In this document: piece by piece, positions 1 through 13,255 of the stretch
Layout of the letters: each line of letters begins with the position of its first letter
Numbering within the stretch: the stretch's first letter is position 1
Assembly: GCA_037379345.1 (NCBI GenBank)
Contig: CM074512.1
Coordinates: 36,642,001 to 36,706,000, forward strand
Length of the DNA stretch: 64,000 nucleotides
Source: Perna viridis
Lineage: Eukaryota
Direction: 5' to 3'
Notes under the pieces: generated by a model
What the model was told of the DNA's origin: nothing
What the model saw: the letters and a program-made list of their open reading frames with translations, nothing else
The model's database searches: none
Program-made: the position numbers and the translations under genes

Positions 1-394
1 TGGCCTGTCAGTGTTTGTACATTGCCTTATACATATATGTATTCCTTTTGAGTGTAGGGTTAACCTATTTTTATGGTTTACCGGGTCATTTTTTTTGGTG
101 ACAAACCAGTTTTTACAATTTCCTTGTCGAATGGCTTTTCAATAAACAAGTTTTAGGGAATATTTTAAGTTTAAATTTTGTTATATCATTCAAGGGTTTT
201 AAAATATTTTGATTGTCGAATTTAGTTCAAGGATTATAAAAAATTAAAATTGAAAGTCCACTATTCAGCTGTATAGATAATCAGAAATGTCAATTAGAAA
301 TTGACACAACGTACAAACGTGTATGTGAAATATTTTTACTTGGACTGGTATAGAAATTACAGAATAGTCTTTCGAAAGTGACAACTGTTTTAAG

Positions 395-3300
395 GTTCTC
401 CCTTCATACAAGAGATAGAAGAGATCACCCCTAAGGTTGCTGGTGAGGGGCTGATACGTGGAAGAGAGGGTTACGAGTGTACGTTTAAAATAGATGCTCG
501 TGGATTTCCAGGGGAGCTAACTGTCATTGTTGAAGGTGCGTATATATATTTTTTTCGGGGGAGGGAGGGGTGGGGGTAAAAGTTACATATAACTTTGAAC
601 CATAAGTTCGGGCCTTTATGATTAGCCGTGTGTAAAAGTTAAATGTTTGTCTTGAAAGGGATGAGACTGAGATGCAGTGTCTGTCATTATTGTAGGCGTG
701 ACAAAAATGTGTGAAAAAATGTTTTTATCAGTTTACACTAAAGTAATAATAATTTCGTACTTCACGGTTCTATGAGTCTTAAAAATGTATTAAATGTTAT
801 CACATTAAAATCTTTAAAGATGAAAGGACTCCTACAATTTTTGGTGGTTAAATGAAATTGCAGTGATCATACGTTGGTGGTGGCAAAAATATTTCATTCG
901 TTATACATGTAGTAACTTACATTATGTACGTTAAAGCGGCATTATATAAACATTTCAATGATTTCTATAACGATATTCTAAACTGCTTTTCAACAGATCT
1001 GATTGTCTTGTTTGTTTATTATGCTTATAAATGAAATATTTGTCATATACTCCATTCTACGTGTAGTAGATGCTAAATGTCTTTGTTCAGTTTTTGGAAG
1101 TGGTTTGGCTGCATATTTGATAGTGGGGACACATCTCTGTGGTTGTATAGTTCTAAAAGTGAAAATCTTATTGCTTACCTTTAGATCTTTACTCTTCATC
1201 AGGTCCACATTTCCCCATCCAATGTAATGTGAAGACGAACGATGACGGTACACACACAGCCACGTACGTCCCTGAGGAGTCTGGTCCACACAGGGTTCAC
1301 ATCAAACTAGATGGCAAGGATATTGATGGTAAGACTACAGAAAGAAATGTTTATTTTTTCACCGCTCTGATACCATGAAATGGTTTTGTATGATGATAAA
1401 ATGGTACTTTTACTATACTGTTAGAATGGAAGGCTTTAGTTACATTTCGATGTCTAGATGTTATAGAACGAGAGAATGAAGAAGGAAGGAGGAAATCAAT
1501 TAATATGATTTGATGAAATATTACACTCAGTATTGGTCATTAAAAATTTAATGAATTCAAGGATGAATAAAAGTTAATAATGATTTACAGTGTGCTTGAG
1601 CGTGGAGTTATGGTACACAGGGTTTTAGTTTTCATGCCTTCACTATGAATTTACACTTTGATGAATTTGCTGGTGTATTTTTAACTATACTGTTTTGCAC
1701 ATGCATTGACTTAAAAAACTCTATTGATTGGAAATGGTTAACGACATATTAGTTTCCTTTATAGTCAATATATATTTACATTGTGTATGGTTCTAATACA
1801 ATTTGAACACTTATTTTCCTGGACACATTAATTAACGGTTCCTCACCATGACAGGATACATCTATGAAGTTGCCTATAATTGTATGTGTTTTACACCGAT
1901 TCTTTTTAACAAGACGCATTTCCATAGACACAGTTTGCGTATATTACATACGTAACACGTATTCATTACAAGGCTTCCATGTTTTCTATCTCAGATAGTC
2001 CATATAGACCTCTTATAGTTGATCCATCTAAAATACGTGTTTCTGGTGGATGGCGCCCTCTTTTGGATGAACACGACAGAATACCATTGATTGTCAATAA
2101 AGAAAAACAGATCCCGTTTGATGCATCAGAAGCGGGATTAGGGGAGCTAACTGCTGAAGTGCACGGCCCAAGTTATAAGGTTCCAGTTGCAATAGATTCC
2201 CGAATAGGCGGGAAACATACGCTGATTTTTACACCTAGAGAAGAAGGTTTGATATTAAAGAACAAATTGTTCTTTGCCATATAAAAAGTCGGTATGACAA
2301 AAAATATACAAAATGTCATTCTTAAAGAGCGTATTTTATTTCTGTTCGAAGTCAATAGAATAAAAACAAATTACTGGAAAAGTACAAATTGTAGAAAATG
2401 TATTGTGTATATTGAAGTTAAACGACCATTTGTTTTTGTAATAAAAACAAATCTTAAAAAATCCCCAGTCATATGGTTAATAAAATTGTATTGATCTTTG
2501 CCAATGTAGGGCGACATTATATCGAAGTAAAGTGGTGTGATTTCCCAATATCGACCAAGCCTTTCCTTGGGTTTGCTGTCCGACTACCTGAGAGTGAGAA
2601 CAGCATTCATCCTGTGATATCACCGGTCGTGCTTATGCAACCGAAAGAAAATTCACCAGATTCAACTAACTTCGAAAAAAGTCCAAAGAGGTAAGGGCCA
2701 ATGATTTCATTAGAATTGTCTCTAAAATGGTCTGTTTTTGTATGATGGCATGTTCTTGTGTAAAATGGATGTTACTATATTAAACGGAACTAAACACAAA
2801 GCTCTTAGTTTCTCATGATTGTTGCTAAATCTTACATGTACATGTAAATACTATTTTCAAACTATTTATTTTACATAATACTGTGGCAGAACTATATAGT
2901 ATGATCTATAATTTTAGCTTCAAATTAACTCAATTGAATATCTGAATATAGATGTAGCATAATGGTTCTCTTTTTTCATTATTCATCAATCAATTGATTT
3001 CATTATAATATTCTTTTATTTAACGTGTAAGCTTGAGATAATACGTCAGTCTTTTGCGCTTTTAATTAATTTGTTGCTATTTTCTTAGTATGGCTTATAC
3101 ATGTTAGTGACTGTCATGAAAATGGCGCTGCTGTATAACATTTCGGCCCATCTGTAAATCTCTTTTTATCATGTGTTAAGGGAAATAGTATAATAATATT
3201 ACCAAAAATAAGTAGATAGGGAAAAATAGTTATTTTCAGACTTTTTACTTCATCCTAAGATCAAGAAACAAACCGCATGCAAATGCTGTAGTTTTGTAGT

Positions 3301-6300
3301 ATTGTAGTTTTGTACCACTTTTTCTAGTTGAACAGAAGTTAAAAGTTGTAAAAATGGTAGCAATTTTGCGATGGGTCGACAAAAATTGAAACAAGTTTTT
3401 TTTAATTCATAAAGCCATTTTGGCTTTTGACCTAAAAAGTCCCCTGCAATCAAATAGAACAACTTTTAAATATATATATATATATAGTTCACTTTATACA
3501 AACACCAGCAGTTGCAACCCACACATTTGTTATTTGGTATTATCAGTTATAAAAGTACATGTACATGTACAGATTGAATTAAAATGTGACCCCAAAACTA
3601 ACATAATTTCCAAGCGTCACTGGAATGATACCAAAAACTGTCTTTGTCGTGCACCGTGCTTGTATTCGTAGAAGATTTACATGTTGCCCAGAGTTGAAAT
3701 TTTAACTGCATGTTTTAATTAAATGCTTTTAATACCATAGCATGTTTTTCATTTAGACAAAATTATCATCTAATTCACCCAACTTATAAAGAAATGGAGC
3801 TCCAACAACAAAGGGTTCAGGGAAAATCTGTACCTACTAAATTTGAGGTTCATACTGAGGAACGAATATTTAATTCTATGGACAGACCCTCAGAAACGAT
3901 AGAACATGTGCTTAATCAAGAATATATAGAAACTGATAGATCTGAAAAACCCCCTGATGATCGTTACTTTTCCATGGATAAGCCAAATGAAATTATAGAC
4001 ACGGTTTTACAACAAGAATATGTCCCTGATGATGTAAGCGAAAGTCAGCCATCAGAACTGTTCACAATTCATGCCACATTTGAACCATCAGAAAATCATC
4101 AGACATCCACTTTCAAAAAGCAAACAGAAGTGAAGCAACCTTTCCCTACCTATAAGCAGACAGAAGTTCCGTGGCATCCGACTTTTGAGCAACCAGAAGT
4201 AAAGCACAATCCGTTGTATGAGGAAACGGAGGTGAAACCTCCTATGTATAAGAAAACGGAAGCTCGCCATCAAAAAGAATCGGTGCAATACAAAACAGTT
4301 CCGGATACAAATAACAACAAACAACCTGTCGATCCAAGTGTTTATTATTCAACAGTGAATAAAAATAGAAAGAATGGAAGACAGATGGAATCCAAATCCG
4401 TATCTGACCGCATTGATAACTCGTTCGATGACGATCCCACACCGACGACCTCACAAATATACAGCAGGCCTATGAACCGATCACTGTATAGTCAATCGAC
4501 GTCTGATCATTTCATAAGCGGGTTTGATGACTATTCAAATCATTATGCAACGGTTTCGCATAGAAAACCTGAAAAATCAGGTTCAACTTACTACAAATCC
4601 GTAACCTCTAAACTCAATTCACATCGGTAAGACTTTGTAAGTTCTCGATGATAAAATTATGTTTGTATTTGGTCGGGATTTGTGTGTATATCATGCAGTG
4701 TGTTCAGGTTTTTTGGAATATGACATTGTGATAACAATCCATATAGATTAGATACACAGCATTGCTAAATATGTGCTCACAAAAGTTAAAATATCATTTG
4801 AATAAGAAGTGAATTTATAATTCAATGTATAACTGCATTTTCTGACTTTTCTTATTGTCAGTTTTAACCATTAAACAATAAATAACAAATATAAAAACAT
4901 AAAATACAACCCATGCGTTTCCACATGTGTATAACATATCCATTGTGGTCTATCCCCTCTCCTTGTTCTGTTACAGTGTGTGTTGTAATAATTTGCCAGA
5001 AAATCTTAAAACATTGATTAGAACATTGAATGTCTTTATGGCATCAACTTATTTTCTGCATGTTTCTTTAATGTAGTTTAATAGAAATTTTTGTAGTTTT
5101 CTCTTGTCTTTAAATTTGTAGAATTCTTAACTTAAATGAAATTAGACGTAGGTTTCTGTAGGCTAGAAATCATCCACATTATGAAATTTGGTGCTTTATT
5201 TCCGTTACGCTCAAGAACTTCTATTATGATTCATTTGACGATGGAAACGTGGTTGAATTATATTTCAAGGTTTAACAGAACACGTTTGCAATTAAAAGAG
5301 AAATTCAGCTTGCCTCTGTCTGTTTATTTTGGACAATTTTGTATTAGCAGCATAGATGTACATGTTTGAAACCTTGCTAAATTACGTTTATATTTTGACT
5401 AATTTTAATGACGGAAAATAAGATTGGCATTTTAGACTACGAGCGGCATCTTTATACTATTTTTAATTACTTAAGTGTTCCAAACTGTTTTTATTCTTGT
5501 AAGAAACTGATAGTTTTTTTTAATTTTGTGAAAAAAAATAGTTTCAATGTTAAGGAAATGTGTCATCGATGTCCTCTTTTTATTCCAGTATGAGTGATGA
5601 TATTGAAGGAACGTATGTAAGTGCAATGAATAAACAACCTTCAAAAATATATGTTGCCAAGCGGATAAAAAGACGACAAAGGAGAAGCAGTGGCTCTTCA
5701 AGCTCATCGTCCTCGTCTTCTGATGATGATTCTCGGCGGAGGGATCATTCTAAAGTCACATTGCTGCGCAAAGTGGTAGACGAACCACGTGTAAAATTAG
5801 TTCCGGTTGTGAGACCAGAAGTACAGGAAGTAAGCGTTGTACGACGAACTGTTGCTCCTGAGGTTAATGTTGTTCGAGCGGTTGTCCCGGAAGTACCTAT
5901 TGTGCGGACAGTTGTACCGGAAGTGCCAGTTGTTAGACGAGTAGTACAAGAGGCGCCCGTCCTGCGGAGGATGGTGCGATCAGTACCCACTGAGACTGTT
6001 ACTTTGGTCCGTAAAGTTTCTGATAGAAGCGCTAGGTCACCATCACGATTAGTAGTACCAAGAAGCACAGGTGAAACTTCAGACAACCTTTACTCTCTGT
6101 TATTTTGGTAAATGTGTTTGGAAGAAAACATATGATTCAAGTAAAAAAAAACGTGCCTTTTGGTTTGTTTGTATCAGTTAAATCAATGTCGTGTACACTG
6201 ATCATGTGCTGAGTGTAAATTAATTAAAGCAAATCTAGTCGCTCTTGTAAATTAATGCTCTATTTCAATCGTTTACTACTTAAAATCTGAAAATTTTAGT

Positions 6301-9300
6301 AAAAGCATTCTTACAAGCTCTTCTTTATTTCAGCAAGTTTACCGTCAACAATTACAAGCATTACTGGTGATTCCGATCGAGTGGTTTACAGGACACCTAT
6401 TGTTTATTCTACATACATTTCAAACAAAAGTCCGAAGTCCTCAAGATCACCATCTCGGACTCCATCATATAGGTTCAATGAAGGTTATTCTGTAGCTACT
6501 CGAAGTGAACCAGAAACAACTAAAGATGCCCCAAAAGTGATTTTAAGTGGAAAAGGTTTAAAACAAGCTTTTGTCAGCAGACAAGCAACTTTCAATGTGG
6601 ATGGTCGTGAAGCGGGTCCAGGTAAGGTACCACCTCAAACAACTTCATAAAATAAATGAAATTCAACATTGTGTACATGATATACATAACGACTGTGACA
6701 TTTTGTGTCTTACATCTGGTTGCTTCAAAAGCATACTTTGCGTGGGAATGATGAAATACAGCTTATAATCACATGCATGTACCGGGCTGAATGATCATTT
6801 AATTCACTCCAATATGCATCATCTTTGTTTTCTTGTCAAATTGTTACATTATTTCGAAGCAAAACTCGTTTCATAGTTAATTCTTTTAGTAGCTCTCTTT
6901 GTAATTGAATATGTGATGTACATGTTGTATTTTAGGTGAACCAAGCGCTAGAATGTTCAGTACACAACACGAAATCCCTATTGATATGAAACCAACAGGA
7001 CCAAAGCAATACTACTGTAGCTACACCCCTACCCATCCTGGATCTTATCTACTGGATATAAAGTGGAATGAACGACAGCTGAAATGTTGTCCGTTCAAAA
7101 TAATCGTCAATCCGCCATACTATCCAGAGAAAGTCAATGTCAAGGGAGCTAATCAAAAGAGAGTTGTTGTAGGGAAAGATTTCCATCTACATGTAGATCC
7201 TAGATTGGCTGGAAAAGGTATGATAATGCTGTATTTTAATCTGTATGAGAATATTGAATTACAGAAGTAAAGTATTTTCAGGTTGGATATTGGACATATT
7301 TGACATATTTTTACCTGCTGTAACAGTTCATTATCTTACTTTGTGACACAGATATCATCTGTTCAACAGTTTTTGTGATTTTTTTAAAGTATTAAAAAAA
7401 ATTAAGGACTAACTTTTATAATTCCAATCAAATTAACATGTGCCTTTTCGTATGATTGGTTGATCACCTTTTACTACATCGGTGATTGTCAATTTCACTT
7501 AATAAAAGTCTACAAGAACAAAAACCATAAAATAGGTTTAAGATGGTTTGGGATTGGAATTAGAAGGATTCATTTAAACATGATTTATGGATGTGTAAAA
7601 TTGAATCATTAATTTCACTAACAAACCTGATATCCTTTGGACTTTTATTTGTTTTGTATATAATTCCATATAAAATTGGTATTTTTGTAATTATAATATT
7701 ATTGTGGTCTGTTCAAGAAAAGTAGGTGCACACATAAAATAATGATGATTACATCATAAGGAGAAAGACCTAGGGTAAGGGACACAACTCTTACTAATCA
7801 TTGGAACGTTTGTATTCAGCATCTTACATCAATCTCTTGTAAGCATTAAAGGTAACTTGGACTGATTTCATTCTGTTTCAAATGAAAGCTTGATAGACTT
7901 TGGTGAAATTGAATGTGATACAAACATAATTACTGATTTCAAGAGTTACACCCCTTACCCTAAGTCTACCTCCATAAGTATGCATTCAGTTGGTGAGAAA
8001 TCAGCCCTTGAAACGATTTCTTTCAATGATTGCTTTTTGCATAAACTGTACTTTTGATATTTTGCATAGGCCACCTAACTGCTAAATGCACCGGTCCATC
8101 AAAACAAAAGGTAGCGGTAGGTTTAATTGAAAATGCCGATGGTACGACGAAGCTGTCCCTTCGGCCAGTGGAAACTGGAAGACATATACTTTCGATAAAG
8201 TATAACAAAGATCATGTACTAGGTAAAAATATCTATTTCATGGTTGTGTAGTTTCTATATAACATAAATGTTAGCATTTGTTTTGGCATTACCCACCTGA
8301 ACTTAAAACGAATAAAATTCATTCCTTTTTTTTCACGAACCATCAAAAGAGAATCTACAATCAAAAATCTTAAAATACTCCAATACCTACATTTGTAAAA
8401 CATGAAAAAAAGCTGAACAAAACACTATTTGTTTTTCTTTTTTAACAAATGAGAAACCCAAAATGAAGAAATTAACACTTATGTCTCTCTAAACAGGCAG
8501 TCCATATGCAATAGATGTGATGGTCCCGCACCAGTCGGGCGAGGTACAAGTACATGGACCAGGTATTGAGAACAACGGTGTGCTCGGAGATTATGAGAGC
8601 CATTTTTGGGTTGACGCACGTGGTGCTGGCTCAGGAGAGCTTAACGTTAGTGTTGTTGGCCCAAAAGGTAAAGGCTTGTTATGTTTCTAAGTAATGTGAG
8701 TGACGATTAGACATTTCGTAAACATTTCAATCTTTTAATTTAATTCAGATATGTTTGCCTTTTTGTTTTTACTGTTACATGTATTGTTCTTTATTGCCAG
8801 TATTTCAGTTGAACAATAAAAATGTTAAGTAGTTCTGTGTGATCACTGCTATTTTTACTTACATTGAGATATTGTCTTCTTTTAACTTATAATTCGATGT
8901 CGGAGGTCGTCCTTTCATGGCTATGTTTTGAATTTCATTTTCACTGCATCATGATGCATTGTAGCATTGACGTCTTAAAGACCCTTTCCTGCTACCTTTT
9001 TTTGTTGTGGTATCTAAGTGTTGTGACCATGTGGACAAATCACATGGCCTTAGGTACTAAGACTCGCGATGGTCTGTTATTTGCCTCTACATGTACTTAT
9101 ACACGTGTACTTATAGTATACTTAAGTTAAACTGATGCATAAGTACCAGCTGGGTACATTTTTATGATCATCTTTGTCAATTACAGGTGCGTTTAATGTT
9201 GAAATGAAGCGAGATAGCCAAAAAGACAAGATTTTCCACTGTAGATACAATCCTCATGAGGCAGGGACATACACTATAAATGTAAAATGGTCAGGACGTC

Positions 9301-9413
9301 ACGTGGGTAATAGTCCGTATCGAATCCACCTTGGGGAGTCACGTGATGATTTGGAAAGATTTCTGTATGAATTACAGCAAGCAGAAGCATCAGGCGATAC
9401 AATACTGTATTAA
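395..9413 (+). CDS. FLN: Filamin, jitterbug/FLN-2-like subfamily; 3' portion (5' exons lie before the window)
   Basis: Eleven GT-AG exons with matching phases: 395-535, 1203-1328, 1995-2246, 2510-2690, 3757-4626, 5589-6070, 6334-6621, 6936-7217, 8070-8222, 8497-8667, 9187-9413 (TAA). Filamin Ig motifs: GSPF..VAGEGL, DGTHTATYVPEESGPHRV, KVILSGKGLKQA..FNVDGREAGPG, GSPY..VHGPGI..VDARGAGSGELNVSVVGPKG. The C-terminus GAFNVEMKRDSQKDK..YNPHEAGTYTINVKWSG..DLERFL resembles the jitterbug-type end (recalled similarity, not searched). Confidence 0.92.
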
Positions 9414-11099
9414 ACTCGCGATGTTGTACTGCAACAAACATAAATGACAGAAATTACATGTGCACGTGATATGAATGTCGATGGTTTTATTGAATGTTAT
9501 AATGATAAGCCAGATTATTTGAAGGTACATGTACAAATGACCATTCGTGATGGGATTGTAAATTGTGCATTGAGAGCAAAACATAACCACAAAAGCAGTG
9601 TAATACCTTTTCATAAGCAATCTGAAAAATACTTTTTCGTTTAAAGAAGCATATTGATGCTAAAGGTTGGTTGATATCTTAAATATTTGGTGGACTATGT
9701 TAATGCAATTATGAAAATTAGCTTATTTGTAGATAGACATGAATATCTTTTATTTTAAGACCATTTTAATAATTTACCATAGTATATTAAAGTGAGGGAA
9801 ACGAGGGTAAAGAAGGTAACTTTTGTTGGTCATTTTGCAAATATATTGAGGTACATTTATTAAGTAAGTTATTTTCTATTATAAATATAACAAATTCGCA
9901 GTAGGAGTAAATATTGCGTACATTATTTTTCACTGATATGTGGCTGGTTCCGGATCTGAAGAAACTGTAAATGTTTTATCACACCAGGATAATGCATAAT
10001 AAGCATGGAAGGCTTGGCATGTGATGGCCATATAGAAGGTGTATTTCAATTGTTCCGTTCGATGTATTACATGTAACCAATCTTCTTATGTGTTGACCAT
10101 TATATCCAGTTGTATCATTTATGAGCGGTATAGAAAGTTGTGAAAGAATATAACGTATGTATCTTTACGTTTAGTACGTCATCTGTAGAGAATTCGTATG
10201 CCTGCATACTATTAATACAAGTATTCAATTGGTAGGTAGTATAATCCTTATTTAGTTTCTTCTCCAAAACACATGAAATTATTCAAATTCTCTACAGATA
10301 GGAAACTAAATTGAATAAGTGTAATTGTTAAGTTCAAACCTGTACTTGTGTACACTGGTTTTGTTTTGTTTCATGAAAGTTTGCATAAATATTTCAGATT
10401 TTAATTTGGATTAAGCTATACGTATAACAAGCTAATTCTTTATTAGTTTACATTTTGCACAATTTACACATTGACTTCAAGCTAAAGCTGAGATAATGTA
10501 ATGATAGATTACCAAATTTCTTCTGTAATAAAAATCAGCCGTACCCTAACATATTGATTAAATATTACTTAAGAGATACCTCTATCTGCCTGCATTTTAG
10601 GTAGACTTTTATTGAAGGCATTATATAACAATTGACATATTTTCTACATATAACCCCTACTTTTGTATACACGCAAGCTTGCCCGGAGATGTATAGCACA
10701 GGTTGCTTGGGTACATGTATTTGCAAAACGACAAAATAATCATTTTATATAATATTCAAACAAAAATGTAGCCTTATTATTTGTTTTGTTATAATATAAA
10801 TGTATTCAAAACTGTAGTGTTGTGCATTTTGTGCCTTTCCTTCAAAGTAAGGGATATATTTGGTTGGTCTTTGTGTATAGAACGGTTAAATATACAAACA
10901 AACTTTTTCAATGCAAATTCAATACAGTCTAAAAATAATGACCAACCGTGCCTACATGCACATACATATATTAAACTTTCGGCAGCATTGATTGGTGCAC
11001 TGGGTCGGTTAAACATTCAATGACTAAAAATAGACATTCGATGACTTAGTAATATCTGAGAAAATAATGGAGAGACATCGACGCATGGAATGAATATAT

Positions 11100-11400
11100 C
11101 CTGGTGCTTTCATGGAGATACACCTTATGGGCGCGGCTAAGTCATGATGCCGCCCATACACCTTTCCAGAATGGATGTTGCTACAGATGAAAGGAAAGTT
11201 GACAAGACGGAAAGAGCGGTCATAGCGTTGGTCGTATAGTTTGCCCATGAGTATTCCTTTTCCATCGACTTCTAAGAGTAGACTTTATAGTGTCCATTAT
11301 CACAAGTTCTTCTGGGTAGATGTGCTGTATAAAATCCCTGAAACCAGGATATTAATCAAATTAACACGTCATCTATGAAGCGGAATCTAAGATCAAAGGA
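11100..11400 (-). mobile_element. Decayed Penelope-like (Naiad-type) RT C-terminal fragment
   Basis: Minus strand reads FRFIDDVL..IYPEEL..GKLYDQRYD..LVNFPFICSNI..YGRHHDL, with internal deletions. Confidence 0.75.
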
Positions 11401-11940
11401 TCTAGATCAACGATGTCCCTTTTTCATAAGATCGGCTTTTATTTTAAGTCAGTTCAAAATTCATAATTCAAGGTCAAAAAGTTTGTGTCATTGCTGACGT
11501 GACAAAAATTGGTCTCGCTTTTACATATCCAGTCTTCTGCAGTGGACTTGACTGAAGTGCAGTCGATTGTTTGCTCCAATATCAAAAGACTGGATATATT
11601 TAATAATATATGTACAAATTTATAATATTTTGTACTATTTAAGAGATCTACAAACTGTACAAATTTAAGAAAATGTAGAATATCATAGAAAACATTTGTA
11701 TCCGCATGACAGAACATTCTAATAAGAATTAAACCTGTATAAATAAATCACGATTCCTTTTATAGAATTTTAAAAGTACATATTTACAGCCAGTGATGTG
11801 TCTATTTGTGGACTCAGCTCTACTACTTTCACCTAACTCCTAGGTAATAATATTGATGGCTTAATTGCACGACTCTTTATATGGCTCCATAATCCATTGA
11901 ACATAATTAGATGGTATTTGTCCAGCCAAGATAAACGTTA

Positions 11941-13255
11941 CTCCTACAATGTCAGTGGTTCCTCTATACCCCAACCTCTTACATCCGAGCGCCATTTTGC
12001 AAACCGCTCGTTCCGACATTCTTTGAAATAGACAGAATTATAGTAAAATATTTACCTCTTGAAACATTTAAGACAGTTTCTTGACATGTGAGAAGGTGAC
12101 TAAACTGAAGAAAAATAAATTACCTATCTGATGAGAAAATCCAGCGATCCTGGCAATACTTTGTAAAAGCAGTTTAAATGGACTTCTTATTTGGTTTTCA
12201 ATATTTTATATGGGAACATCCGGTTAAGAAAATTACGGATTTTAATTTGCGAAACGATAATATTAAATTAACCAACGAATTGCCTTTACCAACCTAAGTT
12301 CGCTTTGTCAAAAATATATTGTACTCCGTAAAATTAGTGACCTAATTCAAAATGACTGTTCACTTTGATAACTGTCTTCATTACAAATGTTTTCTAGCCT
12401 AAGGTATTTAACAAAGATTTAGGATTTCCGGTGGGTTAAACTTCTTTTATGTAAATAAAATGTGACGCACAGGCGTAAATAATAAAGTTTGTATAATATA
12501 CATTTATTTGAGGTTTCTGATTTACATATAGAACATTTTTATCATCACATTATAAACATGATAATGGATGGTTCCAACAATTCAATAATTATTTCTGATG
12601 ATAATTACTCCAAAAGTGAATCTAATAAGTGTGTTTCAATATCAATTCATTGATTCCGAAAAATGGCAACGTCCTAAATATGGTTATATAATAGACTGTG
12701 TTTCATCTTCTGACCAAAAATACATGTTCTGTGGTATTACAAAACCTCGTCAAGGCAGCTATTTAGGAATAGTGTTCCTTGACTTTACAGATAATTGTCT
12801 ACCAAAACATGACAAAATTTGGGCTGGCCTTGGCAAAATTGACTTTCAAAATATCCACCGAAAATAAACGCTGATGAGTGCGCAGACTCGTATATGTACC
12901 TGTATTTTTCAAACTTGATTAAAAAAATGGAATTTATTGATTTATGAAAAATATGAATAATCAGAAATTCTTTTGAAATAATAAGATTAATAACTTTAAC
13001 GTTTTAGTCAAACAATAAAAATACTGTTAAAATTTATCTTTACCACATTTCTGCTTTAGATCTGGCCAAAGGGAAATAACTCCAAAAATTCTCTCAAAAA
13101 GTTTTAGAAATTACAAAAAGACCTAAAACATGTTAAAACACATGTTTAGTTCCTGTATTCACATTTGCAGCGGCTTTCAACATGTCAGATGCTAAAGGAT
13201 AGGATAGCACCAAGTCAGAAAATAGTTTTCCAGATAACCTCTAGTACTGCTGGAG
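11941..13255. mobile_element. Non-autonomous TIR DNA element, same family as 43180-43854 (opposite orientation, longer)
   Basis: 11960-12160 and 13140-13255 match the reverse complement of 43570-43785 and 43180-43300; the right end is ..TAGTACTGCTGGAG|TA. The left end is degenerate. Confidence 0.6.
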
